DNA of 64,000 bases from positions 71,412 to 135,411 of the forward strand of contig CAYOSQ010000001.1 of NCBI GenBank assembly GCA_964406665.1, read 5' to 3'. A program made the position numbers and the translations under genes. This DNA comes from an uncultured Planctomycetia bacterium. GTDB taxonomy: Bacteria > Omnitrophota > Gorgyraeia > VGKH01 > JBHPFN01. Shown one piece after another: positions 50,683 through 60,243 of the stretch (positions within the stretch are counted from its first letter, which is position 1; every line of letters begins with the position of its first letter). Below the pieces are notes generated by a model. It was not told the origin of the DNA. It worked only from the letters and a program-made list of their open reading frames with translations, and searched no databases.

Positions 50683-53600
50683 ATGAAAAAGAAAAAAATC
50701 CTAGGAATAATTATTTGTTTAATAGTGATAGCAAGCCTCTGTTTTTTAGGTAATGCTGTGGCATTTCAAGGTCAAGATGCTAATACAAAATTAAATCAAC
50801 AGGCTAATAAGCTTTTGACGCCAGATGTGAAAAAGATCAATGAACTTGCGTCTGATGTCCGGGCAAATATCGAAAGACTCACTCAGAAAAGAAGTGACAT
50901 AGAAATTTCGAGTTGGAATTTGTCTACGGAGACACCACATAGAATAATTTCTAAAAACATTAGATTAGGCAAAAATATTCAAATCAACAAAGATAATATA
51001 GAGTCACTTACGAAAAATTTCATTTTGAGTCAACGAGATTTGCTGAAAGCGGATATAACTAATCTGAAGTTAATAAGGGCGCATAACATCAACAATAAAT
51101 GGTATGTAACATATCAGCAATATCTAAATAATATCCCAGTATATTATGGACTTGTTGAAATTAGAATGAGTGGAAAAGGAGAAATTTCGCTTTTTGGTTC
51201 AGATTACCATTCTGAAATAGAAATTTCCACCAAACCTTCGATTCTTGATGAAAAAGTTATACGCATAGCTCAAAAGGATATTGAGTTCAATGAAAGCACA
51301 GATTCAATATTTTCTTATCCAGGACTTATAGTTCTACCTGTTCAAGATGGCGGATCTATAAAATATCAGCTTGCCTACAGACTCGTACTTTCTACCAAAA
51401 ACCCTATTGGAAGCTGGGTTTTCTTTATTGATGCGCACAATGGAACGATACTTGCCAAGTATAACAATATCAAATTTTACCAAATTGATGGCAGTGTTAA
51501 TGGAGAAATATTACCGCAATATTATGATGATGAATTGGTGCAGAAAAATTTTATTCATGAAAGGGTTGAAGTTCAAGATATTGGATATGATTATACTGAT
51601 TTGGATGGATATTTCAGCATTACTGGAGATGCAGATGAAGGAGAGCAATTTACTTTAATTTCAGAATTAAAAGGCCCATATGTAGATGTGGATTATGAAG
51701 ATGGTGATGATGCAATTTATCTCGAAGAAATTGAAGCTCAGGGAACGTATGATTGGACATGGGATGCTTCTTTAGGGAGGCAGGACGAACTCAATGTTTA
51801 TTATCACGTCAATCGAATCCATGATTATGTAAAGAATAATCTTGGGTTTTCTGGCATGGATTATCAAATGAAGGCAATGGTTTCTGTTTTTGAATATTGG
51901 GATAATGCATTTTACAACCCAGATGATGAAAGCATTAACTTTGGAGCAGGTGGTGTAGCTTATAGAAATTTTGCTCTTTTTTCTGACGTTATTTATCATG
52001 AGTATGCCCATGGCGTTACTGATCATATTTATCCGGAAGGTTCGCTGCCTTATTTTGGACAATCAGGAGCAATGAACGAGGGTTTTTCAGATTACTTTGC
52101 GTGTACAATTAGTAATGAGCCTTATTTAGGAGAGGGGGGGCTCAGTAAATTTGGCTTGCCATACATGCGTACAGTTGATAATTCGGCTCGATACCCAGAT
52201 GATTATATCAACCGAGTACATCATGACAGCATGATTTTTTCTGGTTCTTTGTGGGATTTGAGAGAAATGTTAATAGATAAATACGGTGAGAATTATGGCA
52301 TAAAAAAAACCGATACTTTATCACATCTTGCTCGCTTTGGATATCCTGAAAATTTTGAGGATTATCTCCTTGAACTTTTATTTGTTGATGATGATAATGG
52401 CAATATTTATGACGGCACACCTAACTCTGTCGAAATATATACGGCTTTTTCTAGACATGGAATAGGTCCTGAGCCCACTGCGGTAGGTATTCAATATTTT
52501 GGTTCATTTATTGATGATGCAAATGGCAATAATAACGGATTGCTTGATCCGGGTGAAACTGTAGAGCTTGAAGTCACCCTTTTAAATAATCTTATAGAAA
52601 GTCTAGGCGGTTATGCAATTCATAATGTTACAGCTAGGCTAGTTAGCGTCGATCCATATATTACCGTTTCGAATAAGAAAATTTTGGTTGGAGATCTTAA
52701 ACCTCAGGAAACGGGTGTTGCAAGATTTAAGATTACGCTGGAAGATGCACCTGTTGATTGGAACGATTATCAAATTGACTTTTCTTTAGAAATAACCGGT
52801 TCCCCTGTTACTACAAATAATTTTTCTATAGATGCTACGGATTTTTGGCAAAGCAATTTTCGGATTCCAGTTGCATTTTTGGATTTGACTCATAGAAAAT
52901 CCTGGTATTATGATGAAGAGCTAGGAAATAATGATCGTTTTGCAAATCCGGGGGAAACAGGAGAGATATTAATTGCTGTTAAAAACACCGGTCTTCTTGT
53001 TGCCACGGGAGTAGTTGTAAAAGTTGCTTCAAACAGTCCATATGTATTTGTTCTAGAGGATGAGGCTTATATTGAGGATATCGATCCAGGAGATAGTGGA
53101 TATGCTTCTGTGATGGTTCAATTTTCTGATACAGTTCCCGTAGGCATAGAAGTTGACTTTAAAGCTGAAATTAGCGCTGACGAAGGTTTTTTAATGTATT
53201 TTCCAATAGAGATATTTGTTCCCAGGATAATATTTGATGATCATGCTTCATCAAGCGGAGTTGTTGGGGATTCTACTTATTATCTTCAGCAAGCTGTGTT
53301 TGGTGATTATGATAATGATAATGATCTGGATATCTATATGGCTATGCATGAAGATTGGACAGTTCCAGCCCTGGATTTGCTCTATCGAAACAACGCAGAT
53401 GGCACGTATACAGAGTTAGGAGAAGAAGCAGGAGTGAATTCATTGTTGTCTTCAACGCGCGCTACGTTTTTTGACTATAATAATGATAACTGGCTAGATT
53501 TATTTATTTTGCACGATGAGGATAATACTCTGTTTCGCAATAATGCAGATGGAACTTTTACTGATGTAACTATGGAAGCAGACATAGATACTAACGGACA

Positions 53601-54732
53601 GGGTAACACAAACAATACCGCAGGTATATTAATCGGAGATTTTGATAACGATGGTTGGCTTGATGTATTTACCGGCGGAGCATTCTATCGAAATAATGCT
53701 GACGGTAGCTTTACTGATATCATTGAGCACTCAGGTATCATAGGGGGATCCGGCTATAAATATGTATCAATAGCCCTTGATTTCGATAACGATAATGACT
53801 TAGATATTCTCTGGTCAAGCCGTGACGAAGATGTTCTCTATCGCAATGACGGCAACTTTACGTTTTTTGATATTTCTATAGAAGCAGGTATATTAGAGCG
53901 TGAACAATTAATTATTAGCGATATAGCAATAGGTGACTATAACAATGATGGTTGGCTTGATGTATATATTGTTTCACGCGGAGGATATTCATGGTATAAC
54001 CCAACCCCAAACATGCTTTATCGTAATAATGGCGATAGTACATTTTCGGAGGTAGGGGCATATGCCGGAGTAAATGATAGTTTAGCATTAGGAGGCGACG
54101 CAATTTTTGCCGACTATAATAACGACGGATACTTAGATATTTTTGTAGCAAATGAAGGTAGGCAAAGCGAAGATTGTTATGGTGGTTGCTCTAGGTCGTT
54201 TCAGGCAGACTCTCTTTTTATAAATAACGGTAATGATACATTTTCTGATATCGTTTCTGGAACTATGGCAACTGCACCAGAAGTTGGAAGCACGCTTAAT
54301 TGGAGGATTAGCTCCGCAGATAGCAATGATGATGGGTTCTTGGATATATACTATGCCCATACTGATTTCGATAGTCCAGATATTAATCAACTACTTATTA
54401 ATGATTATTTTACTGATACACAAAATAATTGGCTTAAGGTTAAGCTTGAAGGAACAACAAGTAACAAAGATGGTATCGGAGCTAAAGTAAAAGTTGTTTG
54501 TGATGGTCAAGAACAATTAAGAGAAGTATCTAATCATCAGGGGCAGAGTTTAGAAGTAGAGTTTGGACTAAAAGGATATTCATCGATAGATTTGTTAGAA
54601 ATAACCTGGCCAAGTGGACAAATGCAAAGCTTGCAAGATATAGCTGCGAATCAGACTATTGCTGTTATTGAAGAGGATAGGCCACCAAGGCCACATCCGG
54701 GCAAGAAGTCCATTTTACCCTTTTTGTTTTAG
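50683..54732 (+). CDS. Secreted M4/M36-like metalloprotease with Ig-like, FG-GAP/VCBS and ASPIC-UnbV domains
   Basis: Signal peptide, FTP/PepSY prodomain (FIDAHNG), HEYAH, GAMNEGFSD, VHHDS; repeated DYNNDG.LD; NNWLKVKL.G..SN.DGIGA.V. Confidence 0.85.
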   Translation: MKKKKILGIIICLIVIASLCFLGNAVAFQGQDANTKLNQQANKLLTPDVKKINELASDVRANIERLTQKRSDIEISSWNLSTETPHRIISKNIRLGKNIQINKDNIESLTKNFILSQRDLLKADITNLKLIRAHNINNKWYVTYQQYLNNIPVYYGLVEIRMSGKGEISLFGSDYHSEIEISTKPSILDEKVIRIAQKDIEFNESTDSIFSYPGLIVLPVQDGGSIKYQLAYRLVLSTKNPIGSWVFFIDAHNGTILAKYNNIKFYQIDGSVNGEILPQYYDDELVQKNFIHERVEVQDIGYDYTDLDGYFSITGDADEGEQFTLISELKGPYVDVDYEDGDDAIYLEEIEAQGTYDWTWDASLGRQDELNVYYHVNRIHDYVKNNLGFSGMDYQMKAMVSVFEYWDNAFYNPDDESINFGAGGVAYRNFALFSDVIYHEYAHGVTDHIYPEGSLPYFGQSGAMNEGFSDYFACTISNEPYLGEGGLSKFGLPYMRTVDNSARYPDDYINRVHHDSMIFSGSLWDLREMLIDKYGENYGIKKTDTLSHLARFGYPENFEDYLLELLFVDDDNGNIYDGTPNSVEIYTAFSRHGIGPEPTAVGIQYFGSFIDDANGNNNGLLDPGETVELEVTLLNNLIESLGGYAIHNVTARLVSVDPYITVSNKKILVGDLKPQETGVARFKITLEDAPVDWNDYQIDFSLEITGSPVTTNNFSIDATDFWQSNFRIPVAFLDLTHRKSWYYDEELGNNDRFANPGETGEILIAVKNTGLLVATGVVVKVASNSPYVFVLEDEAYIEDIDPGDSGYASVMVQFSDTVPVGIEVDFKAEISADEGFLMYFPIEIFVPRIIFDDHASSSGVVGDSTYYLQQAVFGDYDNDNDLDIYMAMHEDWTVPALDLLYRNNADGTYTELGEEAGVNSLLSSTRATFFDYNNDNWLDLFILHDEDNTLFRNNADGTFTDVTMEADIDTNGQGNTNNTAGILIGDFDNDGWLDVFTGGAFYRNNADGSFTDIIEHSGIIGGSGYKYVSIALDFDNDNDLDILWSSRDEDVLYRNDGNFTFFDISIEAGILEREQLIISDIAIGDYNNDGWLDVYIVSRGGYSWYNPTPNMLYRNNGDSTFSEVGAYAGVNDSLALGGDAIFADYNNDGYLDIFVANEGRQSEDCYGGCSRSFQADSLFINNGNDTFSDIVSGTMATAPEVGSTLNWRISSADSNDDGFLDIYYAHTDFDSPDINQLLINDYFTDTQNNWLKVKLEGTTSNKDGIGAKVKVVCDGQEQLREVSNHQGQSLEVEFGLKGYSSIDLLEITWPSGQMQSLQDIAANQTIAVIEEDRPPRPHPGKKSILPFLF

Positions 54733-54733
54733 C

Positions 54734-54775
54734 TTGTCGATCTGAAGACCGCGAGTTTAAATCTTATAGTGCCTG
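54734..54775 (+). pseudogene. Degenerate 3' half of tRNA-Asp(GTC)
   Basis: 35/42 identity to 55154-55195; starts exactly at the anticodon loop TTGTCGA. Confidence 0.75.
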
Positions 54776-54937
54776 TCACCTCCACATTTTTTGAAATCTG
54801 ACTATGCCGCTTATTTCCACCGCTATTGTTTTACCAACAAGCGCTTCCGCAGAATAACTTAACTCGTTATCATTGTCTCCGAATAATTTTCTATTGACAG
54901 TTAAGGATTATATCATTATCATAGTATAAATATTAAA

Positions 54938-55011
54938 GGGCGATTAGCTCAGTTGGTTAGAGCATCTGACTTACATTCAGAGGGTCGAGGGTTCGAGTCC
55001 TTCATCGCCCA
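54938..55011 (+). tRNA. tRNA-Val(TAC)
   Basis: GGGCGAT...ATCGCCCA; TCTGA-CTTACAT-TCAGA; promoter TTGACA-N17-TATCAT. Confidence 0.95.
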
Positions 55012-55015
55012 TTAA

Positions 55016-55076
55016 GATTTTGCGAAGCAAAACTAGTCCTGAGCTTTTGTTGGATTAATTGTTTGAAGCGAGGGAC
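55016..55076 (+). repeat. tRNA-trailer two-hairpin motif, copy C
   Basis: GATTTTGC-GAA-GCAAAA then GTCCT-GA-GCTT...AAGC-GA-GGGAC. Confidence 0.7.
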
Positions 55077-55120
55077 CAGGATAAAAAATCTGTTCTTTGT
55101 AACATAGGGTAATTTTCTAA

Positions 55121-55195
55121 GGGCCCGTGGTGTAGCTTGGTTAACATGTCAGATTGTCGATCTGAAGATCGCGAGTTCAAATCTCGTCGGGCCCG
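55121..55195 (+). tRNA. tRNA-Asp(GTC)
   Basis: GGGCCCG...CGGGCCCG; TCAGA-TTGTCGA-TCTGA. Confidence 0.95.
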
Positions 55196-55198
55196 TTA

Positions 55199-55245
55199 AG
55201 TTTGCCGAAGGAAAATAACACCGAGCTTATTAAAAATAAGCGAGG
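55199..55245 (+). repeat. tRNA-trailer two-hairpin motif, copy D (degenerate)
   Basis: TTTGCC-GAA-GGAAAA then CC-GA-GCTTATT-AAA-AATAAGC-GA-GG. Confidence 0.55.
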
Positions 55246-55257
55246 AGACATTAAACC

Positions 55258-55288
55258 AAACCCCCGTATTGACTTACGGGGGTTTTTT
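55258..55288 (+). terminator. Terminator after the tRNA-Val/Asp operon
   Basis: AAACCCCCGTA...TACGGGGGTTTTTT. Confidence 0.85.
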
Positions 55289-55408
55289 ATTTTTTCTCTT
55301 TCGATGTGAAACTTTTTTTATAATTTTGTTGTCTAAGGCAATGAAAGGAGGTGGGTAGAAAACTTGAAGGGTTACAAAAAGACTTATAAAAAGAGGAGGA
55401 TAAGAATT

Positions 55409-55798
55409 ATGAAAAAAATAATTACAGTTTTTATGATTGGTTTAATATCTTTGGCTGGTGTGGTAATCTTTTTGACCCCTGGCTATGCGAGCGATTGGGA
55501 TACAGCAGGAAAGATATTTGCAGGTATTGAAGGAATGAGAGTGCTCTCAGGTGGCAACATAGATATTATTGGCAGCATGACAGGGATAAACAGACATAAA
55601 GGACATTCACATACAAGTTATGCTAAATGCCATCCGCACTGTTCGCATAGGGTGTGGGTTCCTAAAATGGTTTGGAAGAAAAAATACGTTCCGCAACATA
55701 AAGAATACAGCGAAAAATATGGTGAAATCATAGTAGAAAGCCATTACATCAAATATCAGGTTGAACGGGGAGGAAAATGGATTTACGCATGTAAATGA
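55409..55798 (+). CDS. Secreted hypothetical protein (His-rich, RVWVP-type motif)
   Basis: GAGGAGG RBS before ATG 55409; signal peptide ending GYA. Confidence 0.65.
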   Translation: MKKIITVFMIGLISLAGVVIFLTPGYASDWDTAGKIFAGIEGMRVLSGGNIDIIGSMTGINRHKGHSHTSYAKCHPHCSHRVWVPKMVWKKKYVPQHKEYSEKYGEIIVESHYIKYQVERGGKWIYACK

Positions 55799-55830
55799 GC
55801 CAAAGCTTCTTAAATATTACAAAAAAAGTG

Positions 55831-55861
55831 AAAAAAGAGGAGACGGTATCTCCTCTTTTTT
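55831..55861 (+). terminator. Intrinsic terminator
   Basis: AAAAAAGAGGAGA-CGGTA-TCTCCTCTTTTTT. Confidence 0.8.
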
Positions 55862-55966
55862 ATCATCTTAATGTGAAAAACCCCTGAAAATCAACAAATA
55901 TCGTTTATTTTCTTTTATTGAGATTATAGCTTTTCTTATGTTATAATAGCCGCAAAAGGAGTTGGC

Positions 55967-56287
55967 ATGGTTAGCTTTGAAGAATTCAAAAAGCTTGAGT
56001 TGGTTACGGCAAAAATCAAAAGTGTCGAAGACCATCCTAAAGCAGATAAGCTTTTTGTATTGAAAATTGATATTGGCACAGAGGAAAAAACTTTGGTTGC
56101 AGGTATTAAGCAAAACTATTGTCCCGACGAGCTAATTGGTAAATCTATAGTAGTTGTAAGTAATTTAGAACCTGCTGAAATTAGAGGCGTGGTATCAGAA
56201 GGAATGTTGTTGGCTGCTCAAGATGAAAACGGCATATCTGTTTTGTCTCCTGATAGAGAAATTAAAATAGGTAGTAAGGTAAGATAA
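55967..56287 (+). CDS. tRNA-binding OB-fold protein (MetRS C-terminal/Trbp111/CsaA family)
   Basis: HPKADKL, VAGI, NLEP..IRG..SEGMLLAA. Confidence 0.9.
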   Translation: MVSFEEFKKLELVTAKIKSVEDHPKADKLFVLKIDIGTEEKTLVAGIKQNYCPDELIGKSIVVVSNLEPAEIRGVVSEGMLLAAQDENGISVLSPDREIKIGSKVR

Positions 56288-56288
56288 T

Positions 56289-57590
56289 ATGGAGATTAAA
56301 TTATATTTAATAGTTCTGTTTTTCGGAACACTGTTAGGTTTAAATCTTGCCCGTTTATTAATTGTGAAAATTTCAAGGACAGAAGTAGTTGAAGATGAGA
56401 AAAAGGCTCGAAGCAGAGAATCTATGATACGAAAGGTTCTAAGTAGAGTTCCGGAAGTAGGTGCAGATAAACAAAAAGTTAAAACTGATTCATCTGTTTT
56501 GGAGAAGAAAATTCTCTATGAAGATGAGCTTAACCGGATTCTTCAGATTGAGCAGGAGATTTCCGCTAATGCTCAATTAGCAGATGTTTCTCGTGTCATA
56601 GTCGAGAATGCCATGAAGACATTTGGTGTTGATAGATGTGTTTTACTGTTGCTTGATCCGGAAACCAAAATACTTAAAATACAATATTCTATTGGTTTAA
56701 TCGATGAAGATATTAATAGTACGAGTCTTAAGTTAGGAGAAGGATTATCTGGTTATGTTGCCGAGAGAAATCAGATGATGGCTATAGAAGATGTTAAAAA
56801 AGAATTCTGGTCTAAGGGAGAAAAAGAGTATTATTACACCGGCCCCCTAGTCAGCATTCCCCTAACGACACAAAACATGGTTTTCGGAGTATTGAATATC
56901 GATCGTAAGAAAACAGGAGAGGTTTTTAACGACGACGATATCCGTTTTATCAAGAGTTTAGCTGTGCAGAGTGCGATTGCCATACAAAATGCCAGATTGT
57001 ACGAAGAGGTTCAAGAGGGCTATCTCAGGACAATAATGGCTTTGGCAGAAGCCTTGGATGCAAAAGACCCGTATACTCATAAACACTCAGAGAACGTTAC
57101 CAGGTTTGCCGTGGCAATTGCAGAGGAGCAGGGATTATCTTTATCAGAGATTGAAAAAATTAGAAGAAGTGGTCTTATGCACGATATTGGAAAAATCGGT
57201 ATTAAAGACGATATCCTTACAAAGCCTGGTAAATTGACCGATGAAGAATTTGAGCAGATAAAAACTCATCCTGAGAAAGGTGAAAGCATCCTGCGGTCTT
57301 TGCCTTTTCTGGAGGAAATCTCAAAAATAGTACGCCATCATCACGAACGTTATAATGGTGCAGGATATCCGGATAAGTTAAAAGGTTATCAAATAGAATC
57401 AGGTGCTAAGATATTGGCGGTTGCGGATGCGTTTGATGCCATGGTATCTGATAGACCATATCGAAAAGCATTGAGTTTAGAAATAGCACGCGGAGAATTA
57501 GAGCGCAACAGCGGAACACAGTTTGATCCGGCGGCAGTTGAGGCATTTCTTAAGGTCCTTCAGAAAAATCCAAACATTATTAAAAGTTAG
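56289..57590 (+). CDS. Membrane-anchored GAF + HD-GYP cyclic dinucleotide phosphodiesterase
   Basis: N-terminal TM helix; GAF (GEGLSGYVA...AIQNARL); HDIGKIG, HHERYNGAGYP, VADAFDAM. Confidence 0.92.
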   Translation: MEIKLYLIVLFFGTLLGLNLARLLIVKISRTEVVEDEKKARSRESMIRKVLSRVPEVGADKQKVKTDSSVLEKKILYEDELNRILQIEQEISANAQLADVSRVIVENAMKTFGVDRCVLLLLDPETKILKIQYSIGLIDEDINSTSLKLGEGLSGYVAERNQMMAIEDVKKEFWSKGEKEYYYTGPLVSIPLTTQNMVFGVLNIDRKKTGEVFNDDDIRFIKSLAVQSAIAIQNARLYEEVQEGYLRTIMALAEALDAKDPYTHKHSENVTRFAVAIAEEQGLSLSEIEKIRRSGLMHDIGKIGIKDDILTKPGKLTDEEFEQIKTHPEKGESILRSLPFLEEISKIVRHHHERYNGAGYPDKLKGYQIESGAKILAVADAFDAMVSDRPYRKALSLEIARGELERNSGTQFDPAAVEAFLKVLQKNPNIIKS

Positions 57591-57605
57591 TCATATCATT
57601 ATCTT

Positions 57606-58028
57606 ATGGCAGAAGTATTAACAGAAAATATTCGTATATCTACAGAAGGCAATACCGACATTGTGGATATTTCAGATTTAGTTCAGAAAAAACTGAGCTC
57701 AGTAAAATTTAAAAATGGTATTGTTAATATTTCTGTTGCAGGTTCTACTGCATCAATTACAACTTGTGAATATGAACCTGGCGTTATATCGGACCTGAAG
57801 CAAATATATGAAAAACTTATTCCTGAAAATAAGCAGTATAATCATAATTTTGCTTGGAAAGACGGCAATGCACATTCTCATTTAAGAGCTGCTCTTACGG
57901 GTCCGAGTGCTTCTATTTCATTTCAGGATGGTGAGCTTTGCCTGGGGACTTGGCAACAGATAGTTCTTCTAGATTTTGATAATCGGCCTCGCCAGAGAAA
58001 TATTATGCTTCAGTTTATCGGTAAATAA
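57606..58028 (+). CDS. YjbQ (UPF0047) family protein, second copy
   Basis: GSTASITT.EYEPG, DGNAHSHLRA, LGTWQQI. Confidence 0.9.
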   Translation: MAEVLTENIRISTEGNTDIVDISDLVQKKLSSVKFKNGIVNISVAGSTASITTCEYEPGVISDLKQIYEKLIPENKQYNHNFAWKDGNAHSHLRAALTGPSASISFQDGELCLGTWQQIVLLDFDNRPRQRNIMLQFIGK

Positions 58029-58030
58029 TT

Positions 58031-58528
58031 ATGGCTTCGGTTGAGCTTAAACAATTTATTCCTTCTCACATATGTATCAAGTGTGATGTTTGCTGTAGAT
58101 TTACAGAAATGGATAGCGATTGGACACCTAAGCTAACTAAAGAAGAGCTATTATGTTTGGTTGAAGAAGGATATCCCCCCAGCATTTTTAAAAAAAATCA
58201 AAGCATCAGAGCCGTTCTATTTAAAGATGTCTATATTTGTTCGTTGCTTGCACATGCTGAGCATAAATGTACAATTTACAAACATAGGCCTTTTGAATGT
58301 AGCTTGTATCCTTTTATTTTGGAAAAAGATAATGGTAAATTGATGTTGAGTGTTGATACACAATGTCCTTTTATAAAAGACAAACTAGAATTTGTTGAAT
58401 TTAAAAAGCATGTTGAATATTTATATAAAACTTTGTCTTCACAAGCCTGCCGTAGCTTAATTGCTGATAATCCGCAATTGATTGATGCTTATAGAGGATC
58501 AGTCATTGCGCTGTGCGAGCTAAGTTAA
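58031..58528 (+). CDS. YkgJ/CxxCxxCC Fe-S or Zn cluster protein
   Basis: CIKCDVCC, C..L, CTIYKHRPFECSLYPF. Confidence 0.85.
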   Translation: MASVELKQFIPSHICIKCDVCCRFTEMDSDWTPKLTKEELLCLVEEGYPPSIFKKNQSIRAVLFKDVYICSLLAHAEHKCTIYKHRPFECSLYPFILEKDNGKLMLSVDTQCPFIKDKLEFVEFKKHVEYLYKTLSSQACRSLIADNPQLIDAYRGSVIALCELS

Positions 58529-58532
58529 TAAA

Positions 58533-59420
58533 ATGAATACCTTAAAGTTGAAAGATAGAAAAATTTTTGACCGCTTTATTAATTTAAAAGGGAGTTCTCT
58601 TTCCTGTTTCTCATTTGCCAATGTTTTTATATGGAGCGATGTCTTTGACATTTCTTGGGAATTTATCGACGAAAATCTTTGTATTTTTATGAAAGATTCC
58701 ATAGGTTGCTTTATGTATTTGCCTCCTTTGGGTAGTTCGCACAGTGAGAATGTTCTGGAGAAATGTTTTTGCACTATGGAGGAAATTAATAACGGAAGCG
58801 GTATTTCTAGGATTGAGAATATAGACAAAGAAGATGTAAGTTTTTTTCGAGATACGGGCTTAACATGTAGAAGAAAAGATGGAGAATATGTTTATTTAAC
58901 AGAAGAACTTTGCAATTTAAAAGGTGATTCTTATAAGAAAAAAAGGTCAGCTAGAAATTATTTCTTGAAAAATTACAACTTTAGAATTGTGCCTTTTTCT
59001 TCTAAATACACAAATGATTGCACAGCTCTTTATGAGCGTTGGGCGAAAAGTAGAAGTGCTGCTAATGATGATTCTATTTTTCAACAGATGCTCAAAGATT
59101 CTTATACTGCTTTGAGTAGGGCGCTTGAGCATTATGGTAGTTTAGATTTGCAGGGTAAGATTGTGCTTGTAGATGGTATGGTCGCAGGTTTTAGTATTGG
59201 CTATGCAGTAAGCAAAGACACATTCTGCATTATTTTTGAGATTACAGATTTAAAGATTAAGGGTTTATCTCAATTTTTATTCTGGGATTTTTCTAAAGAC
59301 AAAAAAGAATTTCGCTATATTAACGCAATGGATGATTCAGGATTAGATAGTCTTCGTAAAGTAAAATTATCTTACAGGCCACATAAAATTGAGCCTGTAT
59401 TTATTGCTAGCAAGAATTAG
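58533..59420 (+). CDS. DUF2156-type (aminoacyl-tRNA-dependent transferase, GNAT-like) protein
   Basis: EYVY....L..LKG..Y..KR, YINAMDDSG...LRK.KLSYRP. Confidence 0.75.
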   Translation: MNTLKLKDRKIFDRFINLKGSSLSCFSFANVFIWSDVFDISWEFIDENLCIFMKDSIGCFMYLPPLGSSHSENVLEKCFCTMEEINNGSGISRIENIDKEDVSFFRDTGLTCRRKDGEYVYLTEELCNLKGDSYKKKRSARNYFLKNYNFRIVPFSSKYTNDCTALYERWAKSRSAANDDSIFQQMLKDSYTALSRALEHYGSLDLQGKIVLVDGMVAGFSIGYAVSKDTFCIIFEITDLKIKGLSQFLFWDFSKDKKEFRYINAMDDSGLDSLRKVKLSYRPHKIEPVFIASKN

Positions 59421-59421
59421 A

Positions 59422-60243
59422 ATGAAAGATAAAATTGAAGATATAAAATTTGTTATAGTTGACGTTGAGACAACAGGACTATCTCCATTTTCTGGTGATA
59501 GAATTTGTGAAATAGCAGCGGTAGAAGTAAAAAATAAAGAGATACTTGATGTTTTTCATTCTTTGGTTAATCCCCAGCGACAAATATCTGCGGCAGCATC
59601 AGCGGTGAATCATATTACTAATTCTATGGTTAAAGATGCTCCTTCAAGCCGGACAATTATGTCAAAGTTTTTAGGATTTATAAAGGGAAGTTGTCTTGTG
59701 GGTCATAATGTAAATTTTGACATGGGCTTTATTAGAAATGAGCTTTCTCTAATCGGCAAGAGCATTTCTCAGAATACCGGGATAATTGATACTTTGAGCA
59801 TGGCTAGAAGTCTTCTTCCTAAGTTTGAAAGACACGCTTTGTGGTATTTATCTCAGGCTTTAAATTTACGCACTGTGCAGGAGCATAGAGCACTTTCTGA
59901 TGTAAAATTGACAAAACAGGTTTTTGATAAACTTATTGATTTGGCTAGAGGCCAGGGCGTAGATTCATTTTCTAGCTTGCATAATCTTTTTGGAGTAAAT
60001 TCTGATTTAAACGATATGTTAAACGACGACAAAATTTCATCAATAAAAAAAGCTATTAATAGTAAAGCTATGTTAGAGATTCAATATCTTTCTTTTAATG
60101 GTTCTGAAGTTACCAAGCGCAAGGTTTCACCAGAAGAAATTAAAGAACAAAGAAATAATTATTTCTTAGATGGTTTCTGTCATTTGAGAAATGAAAAAAG
60201 GAGTTTTAGGGTTGATCGGATCATTGCAGTTAAAAACATATGA
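59422..60243 (+). CDS. DEDDh 3'-5' exonuclease fused to a C-terminal WYL domain
   Basis: DVETTG, GHNVNFD, HRALSD; R.V.P...Y.L.GFCHLRNEKRSFRVDRI. Confidence 0.85.
   Translation: MKDKIEDIKFVIVDVETTGLSPFSGDRICEIAAVEVKNKEILDVFHSLVNPQRQISAAASAVNHITNSMVKDAPSSRTIMSKFLGFIKGSCLVGHNVNFDMGFIRNELSLIGKSISQNTGIIDTLSMARSLLPKFERHALWYLSQALNLRTVQEHRALSDVKLTKQVFDKLIDLARGQGVDSFSSLHNLFGVNSDLNDMLNDDKISSIKKAINSKAMLEIQYLSFNGSEVTKRKVSPEEIKEQRNNYFLDGFCHLRNEKRSFRVDRIIAVKNI

Larger units (their letters stand above)
50239..54937. mobile_element. Putative integrase-less islet between duplicated tRNA-Val 5' halves
   Basis: Direct repeat offset 4740 bp; arm-like repeats at the left end; tRNA-Asp 3' fragment near the right end; single cargo gene. 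Confidence 0.55.

Noticed and set aside
53290-54350. DNA repeats in the protease gene
   Set aside because: Explained by FG-GAP/VCBS protein repeats
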